Source: Candidatus Dojkabacteria bacterium (GTDB lineage Bacteria; Patescibacteriota; Dojkabacteria; GCA-002793355). From it: a DNA stretch of 64,000 nt. Shown here piece after piece: positions 29,876-38,657 of this stretch (its first letter is position 1; every line of letters starts with the position of its first letter). The translations under genes were made by a program, and so were the position numbers. The notes below the pieces were generated by a model. That model ran no database searches and was not told the DNA's origin. It saw nothing but the letters and a program-made list of their open reading frames with translations. The stretch covers positions 404,345-468,344 of the forward strand of contig CP129470.1 in the NCBI GenBank assembly GCA_030583685.1. Direction: 5' to 3'.

Positions 29876-30556
29876 TTATTCAAGAAATGGAAGTAATGCA
29901 GTATAAGTTGAAATAACATTTTTACGTCCCGCAACAACTGCATCATTTTTCCCTTTATTATGAATGACAATGAAATCCATTTCGGAGTTCTCAGCACTTT
30001 TTACCCCATTTCCAGAATCTTCAAAAATCACCGCCTTCTCTTTTGTTCCTTGAATTGCATCCAACGCTTTATTGAAAATATCAGGAGCAGGTTTGGAGTG
30101 AACAACATCATCTACGGAGATAATTGCATCAAAATACTGCGCCAAGCCAGATTTCTCTAGAATTTGATGCGCAAATACTCGTACCGTTGAAGTTCCAACT
30201 GCCAATTTTTTATTCAAGGCCCGTAGCCGCTGCAGAAAATCCATGGCACCGTCTATTAGAGTCACAACCTCGTCGAAGCGAGTTGCCAAATAATTGCTTT
30301 TTTGTGCCCGATAATGCGCCACGAGCTCTGCTGCGGTATAAGAACGAATATTCAATTGCTCAATGTACCCGCTAAACCCTTTTACAGAGCCAACACCTGC
30401 GAAAAAGTGCATATATTGCTCAAAGGTAAGCTCTTGAAGCAGCAGCTCTTTTGCAGTATCTCGAAAACATCGGTAATTCATCTCCTCAAGATCTACTAAC
30501 GTTCCATCCATATCAAAAAGAAAGAACTGTTTTTTTCGAATGTCTTCGAGTTTCAT
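29876..30556 (-). CDS. HAD-IA hydrolase (beta-phosphoglucomutase/phosphatase-like)
   Basis: FLFDMDGTLVD motif I, GTST motif II, FEDSGNG motif III/IV. Confidence 0.7.
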   Translation of the reverse strand: MKLEDIRKKQFFLFDMDGTLVDLEEMNYRCFRDTAKELLLQELTFEQYMHFFAGVGSVKGFSGYIEQLNIRSYTAAELVAHYRAQKSNYLATRFDEVVTLIDGAMDFLQRLRALNKKLAVGTSTVRVFAHQILEKSGLAQYFDAIISVDDVVHSKPAPDIFNKALDAIQGTKEKAVIFEDSGNGVKSAENSEMDFIVIHNKGKNDAVVAGRKNVISTYTALLPFLE

Positions 30557-30573
30557 GACATATTTATCTCAAG

Positions 30574-33339
30574 TTACGCTTTTTTCCAGGATGAATACAT
30601 ACTCGCTCCCATAAGCAGTAATCCAAACACTGCAACAAGTAGCCACCATGGAATAATTGTAATAAATGACCACAGTCGAACGATAAATATAAGTGCAAGC
30701 ATCGCACTCCCAATTTTTACCAAATGCGTTTTTTCGAGTTGATTTCCCAAAATGATTGTACCTGTTGAGAGCACGATGAGCAGTATGCTGTAAAACAACT
30801 GATTTTCATCTGAACCACGAGCTGACTGAATAAACAATGACCCGAGTTGTAATAGAACTGCAGATACTTCAAATAATTTTCTATTTCCCTTATTCTCAGG
30901 CGCTTCGTAATACGCTAACGTAAGAAGATAAAGCGTAACGGGGATAATGTACCCTTGTGTTAACCAGTCAGAATACACCCCGATATACCACAAAGCAAAA
31001 ACAATTCCGACACCTCCAAGCTTCTTTACGGAATCTCCCACCTGACTTACAAAGATGCTCATTGTAATAAAAACGCTTGCAAGTGAAACGTAAATAAGAA
31101 CGCTATTCGCAAAGTACTCACGTGAAAGATACTGAAGGAGCGAAAGAAGAATGAATAGTCCTACCGCTACCAAAGACCGCGAATAGGTAGCCAGCGAGAG
31201 TACCTGCGACGTACTCTCCTTTACGAGTCGAATTATCTGTTGAGAAAATGCAAGAAGTAGCGCAATAAGTAAGTACGTAAGACTAGCCTCAACACCCAAC
31301 ATTCTCAAAAATTGCCAGAAACCCGCAAGCAGCAACGGAGGAATGGCATATTCCCACAGTCTTGATTTTTCAATCAGCTGCCATGCTATCATGAAAAGCA
31401 CAGAAATAACCAATACCCACAATGATGTTTCATAGGTATGCCAAGTGGCCAGAACGCCACCTAGTGCAGCAAATACAGAAAATTTCATCAGTATGGAATC
31501 ACGCAAAGAAGAGTCTGAGTGGTCTGATTCGGTATCTAGGTGCACTGCCAAAACAAGAAGATTACTCACTAATATCGGAACAAGAAAAGGAATGCCTTCA
31601 AGAAGACTATAAGAGCTCGTGATAGCATTCACATGGTTCATCGCGAGAGCTATAAGAGGGAGCGTGAGCCATAACAATGAATCTTTTTTGATTCTCATAC
31701 ACGTTACACCAAACACAACAACGGTCATTGCTAGTAGTATGCCAAGAAGAGAATTCTCTTTTTCAAACATTGCCACCACGAACGTAAAGACGCTTGCGGT
31801 AATACTATAATTTGCAAGAGAGGCTATGTGTTTTGTCAAAAAACTCGCACCCAAAAGCAACGCAATCACACTTGTCGTCACTAATGTTATGACAAATAAC
31901 TCCGTTGTTACTAGCGATAACAACGAGAATAACAGCGGAACCAAAACAATTCCCAACTTATTACCAAAGCTTCCTTGAAGATAGGAAACCGCATACGCAC
32001 CTGATAATACTATAGATGAGAACAAGAACGCAGGAGCACCCACGTTCCAAACGGTCTGTACATATCCAACGAGTTCAAATTTTCCTGTCCAATTCGTAGA
32101 AACAACCAGAAGCAGTAACGAAAGCAACAAATGCCAGCGCCACGCTGGAGAATACAACTCGTCATTATGATATTTCTTAACATAAAATTCTAAGCTTAAC
32201 ACAGCAAAAGAAATCGACAAAGCAACTATTACGGTCACAACCGCGGCAGAAAATACTCCTGGAAGTACACCAAGTAACAACCAAATTTTCGGGACAAACG
32301 TTGCGTAAACGAGCATTTTTTCAGTTTTCTTGTTTTTGACTAATCCCCAATAAGCATTCACGAGAAAAGGAATACCCAAAAGTAACACAGCGGGCAACAA
32401 AGTCGAGGATTCATACATACCCAAAAACAGCAGTACGAGAGCAACACCATCGATACTCATATTCGCCAGCCTCATACTCTTCTGCCCGATTTCTGTAAAG
32501 TCTGGAATATACGATACCAACGCCGCTAATCCACAATTACTCAACGCAAGCAAGACTAATCTCATCTCGGGAGAAGTGTTTTGAGCCATAATAACGGAAA
32601 TTGAAAGTGAATAGAGCGCGACTAGGAAGAAGAATTTATATTGCCGTTCAGGCAAAAGCTGTGAAAAAGCAAAGTACAACAGCGTTGCCACGAGAGAAAA
32701 ATACCCCCAATACTGCCAAAATGGAACCAATGCCTCAATATCGATGAAATTCCAGATTCCTATCCCTGCTAACCCGATGGTTATCGCCGATATTACGAGA
32801 AAAGTTGTCGCAGCCTGCGAAAACTGTTCTCTTTTTCTTATCGCAAACCCTACGGCGAAAAATACCGCTGGAACGAGTGAAATAAGCAGTAGTTGAGATA
32901 CTGTTGAGAAATTTTGCCAAGAAAAGAGGGCAAATACCACAATAGCAAAAAGAAAAAGCACTGCACCAAGATATAGCAGGACTGTTGCAGTATCATATTT
33001 TGTCGGATTACTCTGTTGCGGAGCAGGCGTGGTAGTTATGTACTGATCGTTGGATACTTCCGAAACGAGTTCGAGTGCCTGTGTATCCTCTTCGCGAGCA
33101 ACCTTTTGAGTAACATCCTCGATTACCTGGTCAATCGTTTTTGCACCTTCTTGTTTCAAATCTTTCAAATAGTGTAAAAATGACTTCATCGTATACAAAT
33201 TTTTTGTTTGCGTTGTTTTCCGATGACTTGACTGATTATTGGAAAAAAGTCGCAAAAATGCATATCCCAATACAATGACGATTCCGAAGCAAGAGAGATT
33301 AAATAAGAGATCCCCCAGAAATGAAAAAGTATCGATCAT
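30574..33339 (-). CDS. Very large polytopic integral membrane protein (>20 predicted TM helices), function unknown
   Basis: 921-aa ORF, almost entirely hydrophobic helices after a short soluble N-terminal segment. Confidence 0.6.
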   Translation of the reverse strand: MIDTFSFLGDLLFNLSCFGIVIVLGYAFLRLFSNNQSSHRKTTQTKNLYTMKSFLHYLKDLKQEGAKTIDQVIEDVTQKVAREEDTQALELVSEVSNDQYITTTPAPQQSNPTKYDTATVLLYLGAVLFLFAIVVFALFSWQNFSTVSQLLLISLVPAVFFAVGFAIRKREQFSQAATTFLVISAITIGLAGIGIWNFIDIEALVPFWQYWGYFSLVATLLYFAFSQLLPERQYKFFFLVALYSLSISVIMAQNTSPEMRLVLLALSNCGLAALVSYIPDFTEIGQKSMRLANMSIDGVALVLLFLGMYESSTLLPAVLLLGIPFLVNAYWGLVKNKKTEKMLVYATFVPKIWLLLGVLPGVFSAAVVTVIVALSISFAVLSLEFYVKKYHNDELYSPAWRWHLLLSLLLLVVSTNWTGKFELVGYVQTVWNVGAPAFLFSSIVLSGAYAVSYLQGSFGNKLGIVLVPLLFSLLSLVTTELFVITLVTTSVIALLLGASFLTKHIASLANYSITASVFTFVVAMFEKENSLLGILLAMTVVVFGVTCMRIKKDSLLWLTLPLIALAMNHVNAITSSYSLLEGIPFLVPILVSNLLVLAVHLDTESDHSDSSLRDSILMKFSVFAALGGVLATWHTYETSLWVLVISVLFMIAWQLIEKSRLWEYAIPPLLLAGFWQFLRMLGVEASLTYLLIALLLAFSQQIIRLVKESTSQVLSLATYSRSLVAVGLFILLSLLQYLSREYFANSVLIYVSLASVFITMSIFVSQVGDSVKKLGGVGIVFALWYIGVYSDWLTQGYIIPVTLYLLTLAYYEAPENKGNRKLFEVSAVLLQLGSLFIQSARGSDENQLFYSILLIVLSTGTIILGNQLEKTHLVKIGSAMLALIFIVRLWSFITIIPWWLLVAVFGLLLMGASMYSSWKKA

Positions 33340-33432
33340 ACTTCATTGTACTGAACCAATAAAAAAACTCAACCTGTGCTTGTGAGGATTTGCTATAAGG
33401 ATTACAATACTCCACACACAAACCTTACGAGT

Positions 33433-33852
33433 ATGGCAAAAATTTTTCTTTCACACCAATGGACCCTTGAAGACAAAGTCGCTATGACACAACTTCTCAC
33501 CGTACTCTCTCAAGAAATTACCAGGGCAGGACACGAATGTTTCTGTTCTGCCCTTTGTCAACAAGAAATGACAGGCTTGCACCTGTTAACCTATGAAGAA
33601 CGCTTGCAGTATTGCCTGCACAAGCAACAAGCAGCTGACATCATCATAGCGATTATTGTGAGTAAAAATGAAAGTAACGGGATGAAACAAGAGCATCTTC
33701 AGGCACAGGTTTCTCAACAACAGTATGTGCTTTTCACCAAATATCCGGAAATCATGCCTGAATTACAGCAATACGCGCTCACCGTAACCACCTTCACGAC
33801 AGATAACTATTTATCGCAGAAAATTCACGACTTTTTGTCGTCCTACCACTAG
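33433..33852 (+). CDS. Hypothetical protein
   Basis: The ORF track starts at 33376; the internal ATG at 33433 (MAKIFLSHQW) is also possible. No recognisable motifs. Confidence 0.4.
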   Translation: MAKIFLSHQWTLEDKVAMTQLLTVLSQEITRAGHECFCSALCQQEMTGLHLLTYEERLQYCLHKQQAADIIIAIIVSKNESNGMKQEHLQAQVSQQQYVLFTKYPEIMPELQQYALTVTTFTTDNYLSQKIHDFLSSYH

Positions 33853-33889
33853 CGCAAGAATAACACACCCGCTCTCTTACCAAGCAACT

Positions 33890-33906
33890 CGGAGTGGCGA
33901 GACTCG
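33890..33906 (-). repeat. 17-nt direct repeat of the 3' end of tRNA-Pro (CGGAGTGGCGAGACTCG on the + strand), about 160 bp downstream of the intact tRNA
   Basis: Exact 17/17 match to 34067..34083, seen by eye. It is not a full tRNA: the T-arm is truncated. Confidence 0.6.
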
Positions 33907-33974
33907 CCCACTCACGAAACGTATGATTTGCGCTACGCGTTCTAGGGTATTTCGAACTCGGTCCCTCCCACTTC

Positions 33975-34000
33975 GTTGAATGTAGGTCGCTACATTCAAC
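33975..34000. repeat. Perfect 11-bp inverted repeat (gttgaatgtag-gtcg-ctacattcaac) forming a stable hairpin
   Basis: Direct sequence inspection. Located between the tRNA-Pro fragment repeat and the intact tRNA-Pro. Confidence 0.6.
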
Positions 34001-34066
34001 TCGGGGTTTCTCGTCCCTCAGTCATTACACATTGTCAATTATTAATGATGAGCAACAATGCACAAT

Positions 34067-34138
34067 CGGAGTGGCGAGACTCGAACTCGCGACCACACGT
34101 ACCCGAAACGTGTATTCTACCAACTGAAATACACTCCG
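34067..34138 (-). tRNA. tRNA-Pro (anticodon CGG)
   Basis: Reverse complement folds as acceptor CGGAGTG/CACTCCG, anticodon stem CACGT/ACGTG, loop TTCGGGT, T-loop TTCGAGT. Confidence 0.85.
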
Positions 34139-34242
34139 ATACTCTTGAATTATCTCGCACTCACCCCTGATGCGCAAGAGAAAGTTGACGATATCGGTGA
34201 TTTTACTATATAGTAAATGAAGCTAAACCAACTCAACTGCCA

Positions 34243-37200
34243 GTGAATCAAAAATTTTTCACCTTAACTGTCATTACCGCCCTTTCTTTCGTATCTATCC
34301 TGTTGTCTCAAAGAGCAACTCCACTCGCGCAACAACCAGAGGTGCTCAGTTTAGCAGAATCGGCAATCTATATACCAGACACATACAAAGATATCGGTAT
34401 TCCAGAGGATTTGGTTGTTCTGTCAGACAACTCCTATTGGTATGTAGATTCTATGAATTACCGCATCAACAAAGTCAACACTTCAGGAAATATTGTCAGG
34501 TCTGTCGGTAAACAAGGAGAAGATTTTGGTGAATTTGCAGATGTCATCAATAGCATTACCAAAGACAACGATGGAAATCTCTATGTGCTCAGTTATTGTC
34601 ATGTCTACAAACTCGATTTTAACGGAGGCTTTATGCAATCGTGGGGAGGTTGTGGTGTTGAGGAACAAGAATTTTCTAATGCCCTCGGTATCCACTATGA
34701 CCCTGTAAACGATATTGTCTACGTCAGCAACACAGGACATCACAATGTATTGAAGTTTTCAAAGACCGGAAGCTTTTTGGGCTCATTTGGTTCAGAAGGA
34801 TCAGGAGATGGTCAACTCACAAATCCTGTTGGAATCAACACCGACAGCTCTGGCCGAGTGTACGTCGTTGATTCAGACAACCACCGAGTACAGCGCTTCT
34901 CTTCAACAGGAACCTTTCAACTAAAATTCGGAAGTTTTGGTGCTGGCGATGGTGAGTTTACCTTTCCAAAAGATATTGCGATAGCCTCGAACGGGAACCT
35001 TTATGTATCCTCTCAAAACTCCCAGAAGATCCAAATTTTCAATTCTTCAGGTAGTTGGCTTTCTGCGTGGGGACAATTTGGTGAACAAGCATGGCAGTTT
35101 CACGTTCCAAGATACCTTGGTTTTGACTCTTCAGGAAACCTTCTCGTCACAGACGTTTATCTTCGCTCAATTCAAAAATTTACATCAGCTGGGGAATATA
35201 TTGACGCATTAAGAAATAGTGGCTTTGTAGAAGAGAAGTTTTACACACCACACGATGCAGAGTACGATTCAGAAGGTAATCTTTACATCCTTGACAACGG
35301 TCCTACTAACGGTCGTATCCAAAAATTTACGAACGGTGGAACACATATAGCTACAATTGTAGATGGTGGAGAAATGGGTGGTGCAACCTATCATATGAGT
35401 ATCAAAAACGATCTCATTTATGTCACTCATGGCGGAGGTTTTCATGTGTACAACCTTTCTGGGGAATCACAACTTGAAGTGAGTGCGGGAGGAGATGGTG
35501 ACGGCGAATTTAGTCAAGCCCGAGGAATTGCTGTCGATGATGACGGTTTCATTTATGTTGCCGATATGTATAACGGTCGAATTCAAAAGTTCGATAGTGC
35601 GGGAAATTTTGTTACCAAATGGGGAACTGTAGGCACGGGTAACGGCGAGTTTGGATGGCCAGAAGATATCTACTTCGACTCAACGTCAGATCTCCTTTAT
35701 GTTGCCGACAATGAAGGTAATGATGTCTATGAGAACACAAGGGTTCAAGTGTTTACCACCGCTGGTGTGTATCAGTCCACTATTGGAACCTGGGGCTACG
35801 AGGACAACCAACTCGACAAGATTGGAGGGATCACCAAAGGAGCCGATGGCAACATCCACATTTCTGATCTCAATCGACACAAAATCAAAGTTTATACAAC
35901 TGCTGGTGCATTTCAGGGAACATATGGTGCCGAAGGGAGTGGCGTTGAAAATTTTTCTGAACCAGCAAGAATATCCCTAAATCCATTAACCGATACGATT
36001 ACCATTGCAGATCAAAACAACCACCGCGTTCAATTACTACCTGGAGGAACCAGAATTATCAACTTAAACGCGAGTGCTGACGTCAAGAAAAACGACAATT
36101 CGGTAAGCCTTGTTAACAATTACATTAATCCGTTAGACCCAGAGGCCGATAACATCGCCTCGTACCTTTTCTTTGGAAACTATGTCGTTTCCGACTTTTC
36201 AGTTGATATGACCGAAGATAGAGATTGGGATAATGTCAAGGTTACAACACTTGTTAACGAATCACTTTCGCTCGTTGTTGACCTTGATCAAACAGGAGCT
36301 CCTGGTATTTCTACGACTCACTCCCTCTACATCGTCAAACATCCTGGACAGACTTCGGTGAGAGTTTGTCCAACTGCAACGCAGGTACACGAAGTAACCC
36401 TCGACTGTGAAGATGGTTACACCCTCAGTGAAGGAGATTCTACTCTTTCCACCGTTTCCATTCAGGGTGTCGATTATTGGCGAGTAAGCGGATTAACGGG
36501 AACAGGAATCATTAGTGAAGTGTTAGGCTCGACACCAATTCCAACCTCTACGGTAACCACGACCTCAACCTCTACGCCGACACCAACAGTTACTGTTACA
36601 ACAGAAGTCACGACGACCGCAACTCCTACCACGACCATTGGAGTAACGACATTAATTCCTGTTCCAACGCTCTCTGAGTTGCCTGCTTGTCCGGTATTCG
36701 AAGAGTTCAGTGTTTCTTCTACCATTGTGGAAAAAGGAAAAGCAGTCACCTTCTCTTGGAAGACACGAAATACAGAAATCGTAAAAACTGATGCAACACC
36801 CGGTGGACTCCCTGCAATTGGAACACTCGATTTAACACTCTCTGAAACTGCAGAAGTTTCCTTTATTGCAGACAATGGTGCGTGTAATGATAAGCAACAA
36901 AAACTGGTGCAAGTTGTTGATACCTTGCCATGGAACACGACGCTTTCTCTGGGGACCGGAATGCTTCTTGTGGAAGCACTCTTCGCGTTGCAACAACCTA
37001 CTTTATTTGGCAACATTTGGTTGGCACTTGGCGGTTTTCTTGGAAAAAGAAAGCGACAAACGTGGGGTATTATCTATGACGCAAAAACAAAAAAACCTCT
37101 TGGTCGTGCGGTCATTAGATTACAAAGAGTATCAGACAAATCAGTGATTGATACAGTAGTTTCAGATGCTGCAGGCACCTTCAAACTCACTTCTAAACCA

Positions 37201-37848
37201 GGCGAATATACCGTTACCGTTTCATTGACTGGCTATACCTTCCCTTCAACTGTAGTGAAAGGAGAAAGTGATGGTGGATATTCACAAATCTATCGAGGTG
37301 AAAAAATTACCGTAACCTCAGCCGAAGAAGGTATACTCGTCTCAATTCCATTAGATCCTGCCAATCTCAGTGACGCAGAAAAGACAAGATTAAGAATCAA
37401 TACGCTTCTCCGCAGCACCTTTGCCCTTCTGAGTAATGTTCTCATTTTCGGGGGTTTCAGTTACTCTGTCTACGTGGCATACCTCTACCCACATCCTTAC
37501 AACTTTGGTATTTTGGCAGTTTACACCCTACTTGCGCTTGGAAAACTTGTGCTTCAGTTGCCAAGAAAACAGTATGGCGTTGTGAGACTCAGCAATGGAG
37601 AGCCTGCAGTTGGCATCGAAGTAGGATTATTCGATACCGAATTCAAGAATCTGTTATACCGAACCTTTACAAACGAGCAAGGGCACTATACTTTTGTTGT
37701 TCCAAATCGATCATATAACCTTAAAATCATGGATTCGCGTTATCAACTGCTTGAAAAAGGAATGCCTGTTTCTGGGATTATGGTTAGACCAATCACCCAA
37801 GAAGAAAAGGTTCGAGTAATCACAACGGACCTTTCTGTGGAGGGCTAG
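34243..37848 (+). CDS. Giant NHL-repeat beta-propeller surface protein with a Thr/Pro linker, two carboxypeptidase-regulatory-like domains and C-terminal TM helices
   Basis: 1201 aa. N-terminal signal/anchor. More than 12 NHL-type repeats (..YVVDSDNHRVQRF.., ..NGRIQKF.., ..QKIQIF..). TSTVTTTSTSTPTPTVTVTT linker. GRAVIRLQRVSD...DAAGTFKLT and GIEVGLFD...NEQGHYTFVV domains. Confidence 0.75.
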   Translation: MNQKFFTLTVITALSFVSILLSQRATPLAQQPEVLSLAESAIYIPDTYKDIGIPEDLVVLSDNSYWYVDSMNYRINKVNTSGNIVRSVGKQGEDFGEFADVINSITKDNDGNLYVLSYCHVYKLDFNGGFMQSWGGCGVEEQEFSNALGIHYDPVNDIVYVSNTGHHNVLKFSKTGSFLGSFGSEGSGDGQLTNPVGINTDSSGRVYVVDSDNHRVQRFSSTGTFQLKFGSFGAGDGEFTFPKDIAIASNGNLYVSSQNSQKIQIFNSSGSWLSAWGQFGEQAWQFHVPRYLGFDSSGNLLVTDVYLRSIQKFTSAGEYIDALRNSGFVEEKFYTPHDAEYDSEGNLYILDNGPTNGRIQKFTNGGTHIATIVDGGEMGGATYHMSIKNDLIYVTHGGGFHVYNLSGESQLEVSAGGDGDGEFSQARGIAVDDDGFIYVADMYNGRIQKFDSAGNFVTKWGTVGTGNGEFGWPEDIYFDSTSDLLYVADNEGNDVYENTRVQVFTTAGVYQSTIGTWGYEDNQLDKIGGITKGADGNIHISDLNRHKIKVYTTAGAFQGTYGAEGSGVENFSEPARISLNPLTDTITIADQNNHRVQLLPGGTRIINLNASADVKKNDNSVSLVNNYINPLDPEADNIASYLFFGNYVVSDFSVDMTEDRDWDNVKVTTLVNESLSLVVDLDQTGAPGISTTHSLYIVKHPGQTSVRVCPTATQVHEVTLDCEDGYTLSEGDSTLSTVSIQGVDYWRVSGLTGTGIISEVLGSTPIPTSTVTTTSTSTPTPTVTVTTEVTTTATPTTTIGVTTLIPVPTLSELPACPVFEEFSVSSTIVEKGKAVTFSWKTRNTEIVKTDATPGGLPAIGTLDLTLSETAEVSFIADNGACNDKQQKLVQVVDTLPWNTTLSLGTGMLLVEALFALQQPTLFGNIWLALGGFLGKRKRQTWGIIYDAKTKKPLGRAVIRLQRVSDKSVIDTVVSDAAGTFKLTSKPGEYTVTVSLTGYTFPSTVVKGESDGGYSQIYRGEKITVTSAEEGILVSIPLDPANLSDAEKTRLRINTLLRSTFALLSNVLIFGGFSYSVYVAYLYPHPYNFGILAVYTLLALGKLVLQLPRKQYGVVRLSNGEPAVGIEVGLFDTEFKNLLYRTFTNEQGHYTFVVPNRSYNLKIMDSRYQLLEKGMPVSGIMVRPITQEEKVRVITTDLSVEG

Positions 37849-37903
37849 TCGAAAAAATAGGCTGACAGAACACGACGAATTCGTGTATAATACGTCATTA
37901 CGT

Positions 37904-37976
37904 GGGCAGTTAGCTCAGCTGGTAGAGCTCGCGACTTACATTCGCGCGGTCATAGGTTCGAGTCCTATACTGCCCA
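37904..37976 (+). tRNA. tRNA-Val (anticodon TAC)
   Basis: Acceptor GGGCAGT/ACTGCCC, D-arm TAGCTCAGCTGGTAGAGC, anticodon loop CTTACAT, T-loop TTCGAGT. Confidence 0.85.
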
Positions 37977-38016
37977 TGTTTTGATTACTCAATTGAAATA
38001 ACTTCACCGGTATACC

Positions 38017-38349
38017 ATGATAACGTACGAACAATTCTCTGCGGTAGATATACGCGTTGGCGTTATTACTCATGTTGAACTGTTTCCTGAGGCTCGCAAG
38101 CCAGCATACAAACTCACCATTGATTTTGGTGAGGAGATCGGAGTAAAAAAATCGTCGGCACAGATAACCACTGCCTATACTTCGGAAGAATTGCTTGGAA
38201 AGCAAGTAATTGCTGTTGTCAATTTCCCCCCAAAACAAATTGGGCCATTTATCTCTGAAGTACTTACCTTAGGCCTCCCTGATGCAGACGGAAATGTCAT
38301 CTTAGTTTCTCCAACAAAAGATGTTCCAATTGGAGGGAAGTTGTTTTAA
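38017..38349 (+). CDS. CsaA/Trbp111-like tRNA-binding protein (OB-fold, Myf domain)
   Basis: DIRVGVITHVELFPEARKPAYKLTIDFGEE...VVNFPPKQIG matches the tRNA-binding EMAP/CsaA domain. Confidence 0.7.
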   Translation: MITYEQFSAVDIRVGVITHVELFPEARKPAYKLTIDFGEEIGVKKSSAQITTAYTSEELLGKQVIAVVNFPPKQIGPFISEVLTLGLPDADGNVILVSPTKDVPIGGKLF

Positions 38350-38360
38350 TTGGCCTTAGA

Positions 38361-38657
38361 TTACTCGCTTATCTGGTTGATAAGATAACCCTGATTGTAA
38401 ATATTTCCATCATTTGCCTTTCTATAAAAAGATGTTGCAAGGAATACTTCGTATTTTTTTGAAATATTACAAATAAACGGCAGATAATCAGTCCCGGTCT
38501 TTGATACATCGGCAAACATGCCGATCGACGTCTCGGGAGCAACAACTAGCTGCGCACCGGTCTTTTTGGCTCGTGCAACCATTTCTTCAAGCTTTACAAT
38601 GGAGAGCTCGACCGATTCAGGACAATCATACTGCAACACCGCGCCTACAACATTCAT
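38361..38657 (-). pseudogene. Carbon-nitrogen hydrolase (nitrilase superfamily) N-terminal fragment, probably a truncated remnant
   Basis: 98 aa with QLVVAPETS (the catalytic-Glu region of CN hydrolases). It lacks the Lys/Cys segments expected about 100-150 residues further on. Confidence 0.35.

Noticed and set aside
33976-34170. 64-aa plus-strand ORF
   Set aside because: It is composed of the hairpin and the antisense of tRNA-Pro, so it is not a gene.
37936-38238. 100-aa minus-strand ORF
   Set aside because: It overlaps tRNA-Val and the antisense strand of the CsaA-like gene, so it is a shadow ORF.
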